Shown piece after piece: positions 36,858-49,062 of a stretch of DNA of 64,000 nucleotides. A program made the translations under genes and the position numbers. How positions within the stretch are numbered: position 1 is the stretch's first letter; every line of letters starts with the position of its first letter. Location of the stretch: the NCBI RefSeq assembly GCF_036365525.1, contig NC_090374.1, forward strand, positions 76,095,699 to 76,159,698. Direction: 5' to 3'. The stretch is from Heterodontus francisci (taxonomy: Eukaryota). Below the pieces are notes generated by a model. The model saw nothing but the letters and a program-made list of their open reading frames with translations, was not told the origin of the DNA and ran no database searches.

Positions 36858-37109
36858 ATACTGGACTGACAATTGCATTTTTACAACTTGTACTGAAGGC
36901 TTGTTGAGCTGGCTTTTTTCCAAATAGTTTTCTTTGCAAATTGGGTGCGGCACAATATGAAGCAGGCCATTAATTACTTCAGCAACTCTTTTCTTAAGCT
37001 GATTGAAGCCTAAAGAAGACCATATGCCTATCATTAAGGTTGTGGAAAATGGGGTTTCTATTTCATATGCACCAGTGTCAGCATTTCAAACACTTCACTT
37101 TCACTGACT

Positions 37110-37625
37110 TTCCTCATAATTAAACCCCTTTATTCCTGATGTCATCCTAGTGAATCTCTTCTGCACCCTCTCCATGGCCCGAACATCCTTCCTAATGTAG
37201 CACACCCAACACTGGACATAATATTTTAGCTCCTACATAACCATTGATTTGTGTCGGTTTAACATTATTTCTTTGCTTTTGTGTTGTTGAAACCATATGC
37301 CTTTTTTTTTAACAGCTTTGTTATCAACTTGACCTCCCACTTTTAAAGAATTGTTTATCTGAACCCTGAAGCGTCTCTGCTCTTCTACTCCTTGTATATT
37401 TCCTTTTCCCAGAATATGTTAACTTCCATTTGTCCGTATTAAATTTAGTTATACGCAACTTGCCCAATCTACTAACCTGTGTATGTGCTTCTGGTCACAT
37501 AAATTCCTTTTCATAGTTAACCACACTTACTATTTTTGTCATCTGTAATTTCTAATATTGTGCCAGTATACCCAAGTCCAGTTCATTTATACATTTTGAG
37601 GAGAGCATAGGTCCCGACATTGACT
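37110..37625 (-). mobile_element. Old CR1 RT fragment
   Basis: Reverse complement includes VGTYALLKMYK*TGLG and DVRAMERVQKRFTRMTSG. Confidence 0.6.
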
Positions 37626-39713
37626 ATTAGTTTGATACAATAATATTCACAACTCTTGTTTATCTCGATAACAGTTTGAGATAGAAAGTTGGCACCAGGA
37701 CTGGGAATACGCTATTATCTGTGGATACAGAGCTATTCAAGGACTTAGTAACTAAGTACAAGAGAAGTATAAGCAAAAAAGAAGAGATTGTAAATCCTCA
37801 GAAGCAAGAAATTTTATATCTCCAAACTTTTGCAGTCCCTTTGGCCTAAAGCCAATTATGTCAAGGTGCCAATCTAGATAGTGGGATGTTGACATACTCA
37901 ACTCTTGAGATATCAGCAGATGTATGTTTAAGTAAAACAACGTGCATTTCACAATGGATCAAGGTATATTTATCTCTGGCCAATAGCACTCCATATGGTA
38001 GACACCCACTTAGAATAGGCACCTCAGGGAATACCCATCAGAAAGAAAAACATTTGATCTGGGTGTGTCTGTCTCGCTCTGTCCCTGATATTAGACTACC
38101 TGTCCTTCCTGCCCAAGTTTTTTCCTAGCATTCATCCAGCCAAATTGCCATAGGTCGCTACCTCGTTTTAAAAAAAAAAATGGACATGGGCAGCCAGCAG
38201 CACTTCACTGGTTCCTGACTTTCTGGCCCCTGACTTGGATGGTGCTTCCTGCATGTCATGCATGAAGCACATGGGACACGACTGAAATATGTTAATGAAT
38301 TGACCTTGCAATATTGCTTGCTCTATAAATGTCTAACCTCTGACAGCATTTTCTTGCTTGCTTTTGGTGAAGAAAGAGGAAACAAAAGTTAACAGCTTTA
38401 CCTAAATCCTAGCACCAGCATCATGCTGTGATGGAGTGATCTCTGTAGAGAGGGACAGAGGGAGAGAGGAAAGGAAAATGAGAAAGAAAGCAGAAAGAAT
38501 GACAATAAAAGAAGTAATTAAGAGTTATGGTGGGCTGCTCAAAAGTCAAAATTGACCCTTTCAGTGATACATTAACAAATTTTCAACCTGTAGATTCTTT
38601 AAAAGAATCATAAATCAATAAAACTATTTTTTTCCTAAAGAAACTGGTTCAAAATTACTTTTCCCATTCAATTTTCTCCCCACCTTGAAAGGCTCAGATC
38701 ATGCTGCAGTACCTTTCTACAGGTAATGCACACTCTCCAGTACTTGATCCATGTTCTCATTCTTGGAGAGGACATGGCTTCTGGATGGGGAGGGGAATGT
38801 ATGTATTATTATGCACAAGGCATCACAACTGTGTGGGACAAGTTAGATGGAACAGTAAGTTTTTTTCCTGTCCATCACTTTTCATATGTTTGTATGTTCT
38901 TCATGTGGATATCTACATAGTGTATATTGGCTACCTATTTGATTGTCAGGTGGAGGCTAATGACAGCTGAGCCCGTCGCTGTCCTCAACTGATATTCACC
39001 CATGTGTGGTATCCAGCATTTCACTGTATAACAAGCAGGAACAGAAACACTTGGTTGATTGTCTCCCACTATACGCAAGCAGCACTATGGTCAATTGTAG
39101 CATGAGGCCCAGGTTGAGAAGACCTAAATTAGGCAATAATTTGATAACAACACTGATGTCTACAGATATTATCCAGATGGATTGATTTTATTACAGACAG
39201 CATTTCCAATCACAACAACCTCACTATTTGAACACAAAAAAGTTGAAAAGGTATTTAGTGAAGGAACATCCAACACTTCACAGAGTTCATTATCATTTAA
39301 AGTCATCAGTCCCAAGATTCTGCAGCAATTCCACTGATTGTAACTCAAGGAAGACAGCATGAATGGCTATTTACGGCATTTCCCTGTAGATTCTTATGGT
39401 CTTCTCCTGGATATCTAGCACTAAATGGTTAGACCACCCTCCCCCCCCACCCCACCACTGAATTTCAAGGCTATCCACTTTAGAAACTCCATAATTGTGA
39501 TCAGTCTGTTGTACTTGTATAAGATGAACCTAACATGGCCGTAGGAGCTGAGGCATGAACCCGACACAGATTTCTAAATGATGTAAATCTAGAAACAATG
39601 GACTTGAGTGTCCAGATACATCGATCATTAAAATGTCATGAACAGTTACATAAAATAATGAAAAAGGCTAATGGAATGCTGGCATTTATACCCAGATAAC
39701 TAAAATAAAAGGG

Positions 39714-40527
39714 TGTCATGCTAGGCCCCCCCACCTGCACATTAATTTTGTCATGAAAATTCATTTTAAACTGTTAGTGGGGTGAAGAAAGGACTTGTTA
39801 AACAGATCAGCTGTGGCTGGATTAGACATTTGCATATTAACAGATGGTGATTGAAAGGACAAAGGACCATTCCCTGACACATTCAACCCACAATGGACTG
39901 TTGATCGCCAGATATTGTATGTAAGAGCAGCATTCCAGAGACTACTGTAATCCAAGACATGACTATAATAAAAGCAAAATACTACAGATGCTGGAAATCT
40001 GAAATAAAAACAAGAAATGCTGGAAATACTCAGCAGGTCTGGTTCTCTCAAGCCTCTAAATCCACTGAAGACACATGAACCCCAAGAGAGAAAAGTCCCT
40101 TACAGCGAACAAGGTTTAAGAATATTGGGCCCCATCAAAAAGCAAGATCAAGGATTCCAGAGTGAGCTCGAAGAACCGTAACAAAAGCTCTTCAGATATT
40201 GCCTCTAACTTTTCCACTTTATTTTTCTTCTGCTCTTTTCTATCTCTATTTGCATGTGTGTATCGTGTATGCATGCTAGCGTGGGTGTGTCGTGTATCCA
40301 TAGGCATTAACGGAATTAGAGTTTAAGTTTAATAAATTTCAACTATTTTTTAAACCTAAGAAAGCCTGTTTGTGCTGGTGTCTTTGCCTTATAATTGGAA
40401 AGCGGTGAACAATGATTCACCAAGGGGGAGCTAAAAACACGGTGTGTTTAAAATGAAACCCTGTTACACTAAGACCAGGTGAAGGCTGAAAGGGAACCCT
40501 AGACCTCTTTCTCACCTGGTCGTAACA
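39714..40527 (+). mobile_element. 814-bp solo LTR (Gypsy-like)
   Basis: TGTCATG...CGTAACA ends; exact 4-bp TSD AGGG (39710-39713 and 40528-40531); CR1 sequence is continuous across it. Confidence 0.85.
39966..40042 (-). mobile_element. Penelope-derived tail fragment inside the solo LTR (no hammerhead)
   Basis: AAAAGCAAAATACTACAGATGCTGGAAATCTGAAATAAAAACAAGAAATGCTGGAAATACTCAGCAGGTCTGG. Confidence 0.8.
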
Positions 40528-41335
40528 AGGGGTAGAATTCATGTTTCAGCTATACAAAACTCTGGTTAGACCACAACTGGAGTACTGTGAGCAGTTCTGG
40601 GCACCACACCTTAGGAAGGATATATTGGCCTTGGAGGGAATGCAGTGTAGATTTACCAGAATGATACCTGGACTCCAAGGGTTAAATAATGAGGAGCAAT
40701 TACACAAACTAGGGTAGTATTTCCTGGAATTTAGCAAGTTAACGGGCGATTTGATCGAAGTTTTCAAGGCATTAAGGGGAACAGATAGGGTAGATACAGA
40801 GAAACTATTTCTGCTGATTGAGTAGTCCAGGGCTCGGGAGCATTATCTAAAAATTACAGCCATACCTTTCAGGAATGAAATTAGGAAACAATTCTACACA
40901 CAAAGGGTGGTAGAAGTTTGGAACTCTCTTCCACAAATGGCAATTGATGTTTGATCAATTGTTAATTTTAAAACTGAAATTGATCATTTATAATTAGCCA
41001 AAAGTGGCATTATGGAGTTAGGTCACAGGTCACCAATGATCTCATTGAATGGTACAGCAGGCTTGAGGGGCTAAATGGCCTACTCCTGTTCCTATGTTCC
41101 GAACATAATGGCCTGGATTTTGCAGTACAGTGGAGAAGGAATGGCATATGCTATTCATTACATTGACAGCTGCACACAGAGATTTTGTGGGATTTTGAGC
41201 GAAGGCTTGCTGTCATTGAGCTTCTGATCCCGTGCGATGCCCTCTACAAGGGATCTGTGGCAGGGCAAGCAACAGCTTGTTTCTTCAACCAATCAGATTG
41301 AAGAATCCTTACTGGGACATGTAGGACTAGATATT

Positions 41336-42369
41336 AATGGTGAGGCAGAAAGGGAATGGGGGCTGCTTTGAGATTGGGAAACCTGGAAGAGCAGGTTTCC
41401 CCCAGGCCCTGCTGAATTCAATGGCAGGACCTGATTAGGTCCTTTGTTTCTGTTACCTGGCCACAATTAGCCAGATTGAGAGGCTGACTGACTATCGGGT
41501 AGACAGGCCTTTGACACAAGGCCACAGCCAGGAGCGAGGAGGAGGGATGGAGGGATTGGAAGCCTTGGGGCAGTTCAAAAGAGTCGGGGGAGAGCAGAAG
41601 AATCATGAAGACGATCAGAGGCCTGGTGGGTATCAGAAGAGTTGGGGGAGACCAGAAGACTCGGGGGCAGAGGCGATCATAAGAGTCAGGGGGAGGTTGA
41701 AGGCCTTGTGGGGGAGATCAGAAGAGTTGTGGACAAGTTTGTAAGGGTCATGGGGAGATCAGAAGGGTTGGTGGGGAGATTGGTTGGGTCAGAGGGAAGG
41801 TTGGAAGAGTGGAAGGGAGGATTGGAAGGATTGGGTAGGGAGATCAGATGAGGAGGCACATCGTAGGCCTCGTGGTAGATATCACAGTTGTTGTGGAGAA
41901 GATGGGAAGGGTGAGGTGTTGGGGAGATTGGAAGGATCGCTCAGAGAAATCTAAATGATCGGTGGAGGGAGATTGGAAAGGGCGGGGTTGGGGGGTGGTG
42001 GGGGGTTGTCCCTTTGCGAGGTTTTGCTGAAGCAGGTAAACTAGATCTGGCAGATAAATGGAAAAGCATTTACCTCTGGATCCAGCAGTCCTTGCCTCCC
42101 TTTAACTATGGAGTTTCCTGAGGCACAGAAAATCGGCCAGCCAAGGTTCAGTTTGAAATGGTGGTTAAATATGAGGCACTCAGCTTCGTTATGATATTTA
42201 AATTGCTAACCCATGTGCTGGTAATGGGTTGGCTGCCTGTCCCCTTCCTATCTCCGTTAAAACTGGAAGTGGGGGTGTTGGAGGTGGTTTGGGATCAGGA
42301 TTCAAATTTTTAACGTTTTAACACACAACCTGACCCAAACACACTTGTTTTTGGGTGCTAAAGTTCCCC
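41336..42369. mobile_element. Probable non-autonomous DNA transposon with a G/A-rich degenerate repeat interior
   Basis: Recurrent GGGGAGAT(C/T)(A/G)GAAG units at 41560-42005; ends CTAAAGTTCCCC. Confidence 0.4.
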
Positions 42370-43580
42370 TGTAGTGTCTAAAGCAGGAAGCATAAATCAG
42401 GAATTATAAAGTAGATTTAAATCTAGTACAAAAAGTGAAGTAAAGATTGGAAGAAAAGATGGGGGAAAAGAGAGAGCTAAAAGCAACAGACAGTAAAAAT
42501 ATAGTGCTACACAGTCAATGACATTCTGCCCTTTCTGTTTCAGGACAAGGTGGCACACAATAGATGGGAGCAGAGCAGATTGGCAGGGGACGAGGATGCC
42601 TGCATTGCCTGAACATTACAGAGGAGATGGTCGGGGTCCGTGGCATCCGGCATTGCTGAGAATATTGAGGATAATGGTAGGTTCCTGCCATATCCCCCTT
42701 CTCAACTCCAAACACACTCTCATACTGCTATCTGGCATGATGAACAAGCTTCTGATGGTGTCACCATGGACTTCTTGCTTCCTACCCCACATCCCCTTCT
42801 CTCACACCCCTTCTGATTTCCTGCTTTCAGACACCCAGAACAGCCTCCTGGTCAACCACAGGAGCCTCAGGAGCAGGAGAGAGAGAGAGAGAGCAACGGC
42901 TCAGCATTGATGAAGAGGCCCAGCCACTTGATCTGACAGTTGCAGCCACCAGTTCAGATACCAGACCACCACATGCCTTGGAGGCAAGTATAGAGTTGGT
43001 ATCAGCATATGGTGAGTCTTCTGGACACAAGTGTGCCGCAACCAGACAAAGGGTAATGCATGGTTCATTTGCCACCTCACTGGAGGGTGAGGTCGCAGAT
43101 GGGTTCTGCTGCAGAGGACTCAGGTGAGGAACTCAATGGGGTGACATAGAGGAGAATGCTGATGGTCATGCACACTAGATGCTGGGTGCATTGGCTGGCC
43201 TGCCAGACAGTCTCCTTTCACTGTCAAGGAGCATGGAGGAGTCTGGATCCAAGTCGGCAGAGGGCATTGCACAGAGCTAGCCCTCTCTGCAGCCTCTGCT
43301 CCATCTCCCCGTCATGCTGCAGACCCAGAGGTACTGCAACTGCTTCCCCTATACCTGCTGCAGCCTATGTATGGACAGGTCACCGATTCCTCTGCCATCC
43401 TTGTGAGGATGCAGCAACACTCTGACAAATCCAGCAACTCACCACAACACCTCCAAAAACAGTCCGCAGTACTTCCGGACACTTTGAAATAGCGGACGTT
43501 CTTAAAAATGACCTGACCTGCAATTTGGGTGCCTGACCTTTTAAGGAATGCCAGTACAAAGCCCATCTTGCAGCTTAACA

Positions 43581-43915
43581 TAGGCACCAACGACATAGGT
43601 AGGAAGAGAGATGGGGATTTAAGGCAGAAATTCAGGGAGCGAGGGTGGAAGCTTAGAACGAGAACAAACAGGGTTGTTATCTCTGGGTTGTTGCCCGTGC
43701 CACGTGCTAGCGAAGCGAGGAATAGGGAGAGAGAAGAGTTGAACACGTGGCTGCAGGGATGGTGTAGGAGGGAGGGTTTTGGTTTCCTGGATAATTGGGG
43801 CTCTTTCTGGGGTAGGTGGGACCTCTACAAACAGGATGGTCTTCACCTGAACCAGAGGGGTACCAATATCCTGGGGGGGAGATTTGCTAGTGCTCTTCGG
43901 GGGGGTTTAAACTAA
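43581..43915 (+). pseudogene. CR1 ORF1 C-terminus (SGNH esterase-like)
   Basis: GTNDIG..VVISGLLPVP..DGLHLN. Confidence 0.9.
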
Positions 43916-44031
43916 TTCAGCAGGGGGATGGGAACCTAAATTGTAGTTCCAGTGTACAGGATGTTGAGAGTAGTGAGGTCAGGGTTAAGGTTACAAGGAC
44001 GCAAGAGGGCACTGGCAAGCAAGAACCTGGT

Positions 44032-46783
44032 TTAAAGTGTGCCTACTTCAACGCCAGGAGCATCCGGAATAAGGAGGGTGAGCTTGCAGCATGGGTTGGT
44101 ACCTGGGATCTCGATGCTGTGGCCATTTCGGAGACATGGGTAGAGCTGGGACAGGAATGGATGTTGCAGGTTCCGGGATTTAGATGTTTCAGTAAGAACA
44201 GAGAAGATGGTAAAAGAGGGGGGTGTGTGGCATTGTTAATCAAGGAGAGTATTACGGCGGCAGAAAGGACATTTGAGGACTCGTCTACTGAGGTAGTATG
44301 GGCCGAGGTTAGAAACAGGAGAGGAGAGGTCACCCTGTTGGGAGTTTTCTAAAGACCTCCGAATAGTTCCAGAGATGTAGAGGAAAGGATAGCGAAAATG
44401 ATTCTCGACAGGAGCGAGAGTAACAGGGTAGTTAGTATGGGGGACTTTAACTTTCCAAATATTGACTGGAAATACTATAGTTCGAGTACTTTAGATGGGT
44501 CAGTTTTTGTCCAGTGTGTGCAGGAGGGTTTTCTGACACAGTATGTAGACAGGCCAACCAGGGGCGATGCCACATTGGATTTGGTACTGGGTAATGAACC
44601 CGGCCAGGTGTTAGATTTAGATGTAGGTGAGCACTTTGGTGATAGTGATCACAATTCGGTTAGGTTTACCTTAGCGATGGGCAGGGACAGGTATATACCG
44701 CAGGGCAAGAATTATACCTGGGGGAAAGGAAATTATGATGCGATTAGGCAAGATTTAGGATGCGTAGGATGGGGAAGGAAACTGCAGGGGATGGGCACAA
44801 TCGAAATGTGGAGCTTATTCAAGGAGCAGCTACTGCGTGTCCTTGATAAGTATGTACCTGTCAGGCAGGGAGGAAGTTGTCGAGCGAGGGAGCCGTGGTT
44901 TACTAAAGAAGTTGAAGCGCTTGTCAAGAGGAAGAAGAAGGCTTATGTTAGGATGAGACGTGAAGGCTCAGTTAGGGCGCTTGAGAGTTACAAGCTAGCC
45001 AGGAAGGATCTAAAGGGAGAGCTTAGAAGAGTGAGGAGAGGACACGAGAAGTCATTGGCGGATAGGATCAAGGAAAACCCTAAGGCTTTCTATAGGTATA
45101 TCAGGAATAAAAGAATGACTAGAGTTAGATTAGGGCCAATCAAGGATAGTAGTGGGAAGTTGTGTGTGGAATCAGAGGAGATAGGGGAAGCGTTAAATGA
45201 ATATTTTTCGTCAGTATTTACAGTAGAGAAAGAAAATGTTGTCGAGGAGAATACTGAGATACAGACTACTAGGCTAGATGGGATTGAGGTTCACAAGGAG
45301 GAGGTGTTAGCAATTTTGGAAAGTGTGAAAATAGATAAGTCCCCTGGGCCAGATGGGATTTATCCTAGGATTCTCTGGGAAGCCAGGGAGGAGATTGCAG
45401 AGCCTTTGTACTTGATCTTTATGTCGTCATTGTCGACAGGAATAGTGCCGGAAGACTGGAGGATAGCAAATGTTGTCCCCTTGTTCAAGAAGGGGAGTAG
45501 AGACAGCCCTGGTAATTATACACCTGTGAGCCTTACTTCGGTTGTGGGTAAAATGTTGGAAAAGGTTATAAAAGATAGGATTTATAATCATCTTGAAAAG
45601 AATAAGTTCATTAGCGATAGTCAGCACGGTTTTGTGAAGGGTAGGTCGTGCCTCACAAACCTTATTGAGTTTTTTGAAAAGGTGACCAAACAGGTGGATG
45701 AGGGTAAAGCCGTGGATGTGGTGTATATGGATTTCAGTAAGGCGTTTGATAAGGTTCCCCACGGTAGGCTATTACAGAAAATACGGAAGTATGGGATTGA
45801 AGGTGATTTAGAGCTTTGGATCAGAAAGAAGACAGAGGGTGGTGGTTGATGGCAAATGTTCATCCTGGAGTTTAGTTACTAGTGGTGTACCGCAAGGATC
45901 TGTTTTGGGGCCACTGCTGTTTGTCATTTTTATAAATGTCCTGGATGAGGGTGTAGAAGGGTGGGTTAGTAAATTTGCGGATGACACAAAGGTCGGTGGA
46001 GTTGTGGATAGTGCCGAAGGATGTTGTAGGTTACAGAGGGACATAGATAGGCTGCAGAGCTGGGCTGAGAGATGGCAAATGGAGTTTAATGTGGAAAAGT
46101 GTGAGGTGATTCACTTTGGAAGGAGTAACAGGAATGCAGAGTACTGGGCTAATGGGAAGATTCTTGGTAGTGTAGATGAGCAGAGAGATCTTGGTGTCCA
46201 GGTGCATAAATCCCTGAAAGTTGCCACCCAGGTTAATAGGGCTGTTAAGAAGGCATATGGTGTGTTAGCTTTTATTAGTAGGGGGATCGAGTTTCGGAGC
46301 CACAAGGCCATGCTGCAGCTGTACAAAACTCTGGTGCGGCCGCACCTGGAGTATTGCGTGCAGTTCTGGTCACCGCATTATAGGAAGGATGTGGAAGCTT
46401 TGGAAAGGGTGCAGAGGAGATTTACTAGGATGTTGCCTGGTATGGAGGGAAGGTCTTATGAGGAAAGGCTCAGGGACTTGAGGTTGTTTTCGTTGGAGAG
46501 AAGGAGGAGGAGAGGTGACTTAATAGAGACATATAAGATAATCAGAGGGTTAGATAGGGTGGATAGTGAGAGTCTTTTTCCTCGGATGGTGATGGCAAAC
46601 ACGAGGGGACATAGCTTTAAGTTGAGGGGTGATAGATATAGGACAGATGTCAGAGGTAGTTTCTTTACTCAGAGAGTAGTAGGGGCGTGGAACGCCCTGC
46701 CTGCAACAGTAGTAGACTCGCCAACTTTAAGGGCATTTAAGTGGTCATTGGATCGACATATGGATGAAAATGGAATAGTTTAG
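44032..46783 (+). pseudogene. CR1 ORF2 (APE endonuclease and RT) with one stop and one frameshift
   Basis: YFNARSI, AISETW, MGDFNFP, GDSDHN, KSPGPDG, DFSKAFD, GVPQGSVLGP, KFADDTK; TAA at 44350-44352; frameshift near 45825. Confidence 0.93.
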
Positions 46784-47767
46784 GTCAGATGGTTTCACAG
46801 GTCGGCGCAACATCGAGGGCCGAAGGGCCTGTACTGCGCTGTAATGTTCTAATGTTCTAATGTTAACACTTGTAGTTTGCAGACTGATGTAGGAATTTGT
46901 TGCCTGGACTTGAGTGGTCCAAATTTGGTATTGTGGTTTCACCAGTTGGGCTGTGTGATGTCAGGCTGGTGTTCCTTCACAGCCTTCCAGAGCATCTGGG
47001 GACACTGGCACCCTTCTCAAGAGGGTGTGCCACCTGGGCCATGCAGGAAGCAGCTGGCGGCGCAGCACACCCCAGCAAAACATTGCTTTGCCTATGTAGT
47101 TCTGCTGAGGCAGTGTTATGGAGATGAATTTCTTACCTAGGTTGTTTGTCAGTAATTATAACTGATCACACCATTAAAAATTCAGGCCTACATATTGGAT
47201 AACTAGTGGATAAGTACGGCAACTTCACGCCCTTACACTGATTTCAAAGCCGAGTCCAGTGGTGAGGTTTTGTTATAGCGCAGCCTGTGGAAGAACAGGG
47301 TAACACGAACCGCAACCTCCGGATTTCTGCATTTAACTGCACATGCGCGTACTCCAGAAGTTGCTGTCCAATTTATTCCCCAATAATAGTGATCGCTTTT
47401 ATCCTCACTGTTATTCTTAATGCATAACCTGGGCCAATGTGAACAGCACCCATCTGAAATTGTATGAGCTGTTCTGGTTAAGGCCTGAAACAGCAGCCAC
47501 ATTATCATGTTGAAACAATGCAAATGTTTTGTTTAAGGTAAAAGCTGGAAAGCTACAGATTAGACTAACAGAATGTAATCTGCATATTGCTTCTTCCCAT
47601 CATGTTATTAACCTTCCCTTGCCACTGTTCCACGCAGGCTCTGGCTTGAGAGTTAAAGACCTTCAGATCTTCAGGGCTGCATGGCTCTGATAGCAGAGGG
47701 CATTCTAGGAGATGTTTCATCGGTTGGGATGCCTCTCCGTAGTCACAGTCGACAGAAGAACTGAACT

Positions 47768-49062
47768 TAAGAGGTGAGGTAAAAGTGACTGCCCTTGACA
47801 TTAAGGCAGCATTTGACTGAGTATGGCATCAAGGAGCCCCAGCAAAACTGGAGTCACTGGGAATCGGGGGAAAACTCTATGCTGGTTGGAGTCATACCTA
47901 GCACAAAGGAAGATGGTTGTGGTTGTTGGAGGTCAATTATCTCAGCTCCAGGACATCAGTGCAGAAATTCCTCAGGGTAGTGTCTTAGGCCCAACCATCT
48001 TCAGCTGCTTCATCAATGACCTTCCTTCAATCATAAGGTCAGAAGTGGGGATGTTCGCTGATGTTTGCACAATGTTCAGCACCATTCGCGACTCCTCAGA
48101 TAATGAAGCAGTCCATGTAGAAATGCAGCAAGACCTGGACAATACCCAGGCTTGTGCTGATAGAGTGGCAAGTAACATTTGTGCCACACAAGTACCGGGC
48201 AATGACCATCTCTAACAAGAGAGAATTTAACCATCTCCCCTTGACATTCAAGGGTATTACGATCGATGAATCCCCCGCTATCAACATTCTGGGGGTTATC
48301 ATTGACCAGAAACTGAACTGGAGTAGCCATATAGATACCGTGGCTATAAGAGCAGGTCAGAGGCTCGGAATCCTGCGGCGAGTAACTCACCTCCCGACTC
48401 GCTAAAGCCTGTCCAACATCTACAAGGCACAAGTCAGGAGTGTGATGGAATACTCTCCACTTGCCTGGATGGGTGCAGATCCATCAACACTCAAGAAGCT
48501 CAACACCATCCAGGACAAAGCAGCCCACTTGATTGGCACCCAATCTACAAACATTCATTCCCTCCACCACCGACACACAGTGGCAGCAGTGTGTACCATC
48601 TACAACAAAAACAAGAAATGCTGGAATCACTCAGCAGGTCTGGCAGCATCTGTGGAAAGAGAAGCAGAGTTAACGTTTCGGGTCAGTGATCCTTCTTCGG
48701 AACCCTCTACAAGATGCACTGCAGCATTGCACCAAGGCTCCTTAGACAGCACCTTCCCAACCCGTGACCTCTACCACCGAGAAGGACAAGGGCAGCAAAT
48801 GGTTGGGAACACCACCACCTGCAAGTTCCCCTCCAAGCCACACACCATCCTGACTTGGAACGATATCGTTGTTCCTTCACTGTCGCTGGGTCATAATCCT
48901 GGAACTCCCCTCCTAACATAACTGTGGGTGTACCTACCCCACATGAACTGCAGTGGTTCAAGAAGGCACCTCACCACCATCTTCTCAAGGGCAATTAGAG
49001 ATGGGCAATAAATGCTGGCATAGCCAGCGATGCCCACATCCCATGAATGAATTTTAAAAAAA
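47768..49062 (+). mobile_element. CR1-group LINE of a second family, 5'-truncated
   Basis: ALDIKAAFD, PQGSVLGPTIFSCFINDLP, MFADVCTMF, YKAQVRSVMEYSPLAW; tail CCCACATCCCATGAATGAATTTTAAAAAA. Confidence 0.88.
48606..48703 (-). ncRNA. About 98-bp Penelope-derived hammerhead unit (CCGAAGA variant core)
   Basis: Minus strand GTT-CCGAAGA-A-GGATC-ACT-GACCC-GAAA-CGT-T-AAC; flanked by TCTACAA (48599-48605 and 48706-48712). Confidence 0.72.

Larger units (their letters stand above)
39595..41100 (+). mobile_element. CR1 3' part interrupted by a solo LTR
   Basis: KKANGMLAFI | LYKTLVRPQLEYCEQFWAPHLRKDILALEG; 3' end GGGCTAAATGGCCTACTCCTGTTCCTATG. Confidence 0.85.
43581..46862 (+). mobile_element. Young CR1 (HER1-type) LINE, truncated within ORF1
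   Basis: ORF1 SGNH C-terminus, complete ORF2, tail GGGCCGAAGGGCCTGTACTGCGCTG(TAATGTTC)n; candidate TSD TTAACA (43575-43580 and 46863-46868). Confidence 0.95.
42520..47137 (+). mobile_element. Second copy of the Myb-type Harbinger element, split by a young CR1
   Basis: 42540-43440 aligns with the reverse complement of about 12430-13350, and 46900-47137 with that of 12070-12420 (GCAGGAAGCAGC(T/C)GGCGGC). Confidence 0.75.

Noticed and set aside
36856-36939. N-terminal 28 aa of the 912-aa ORF
   Set aside because: Read-through from flanking DNA; RTE homology starts at GSLAEQDY.
43529-43580. Start of the 128-aa ORF as a real gene start
   Set aside because: Comes from the host Harbinger sequence upstream of the CR1 truncation point.
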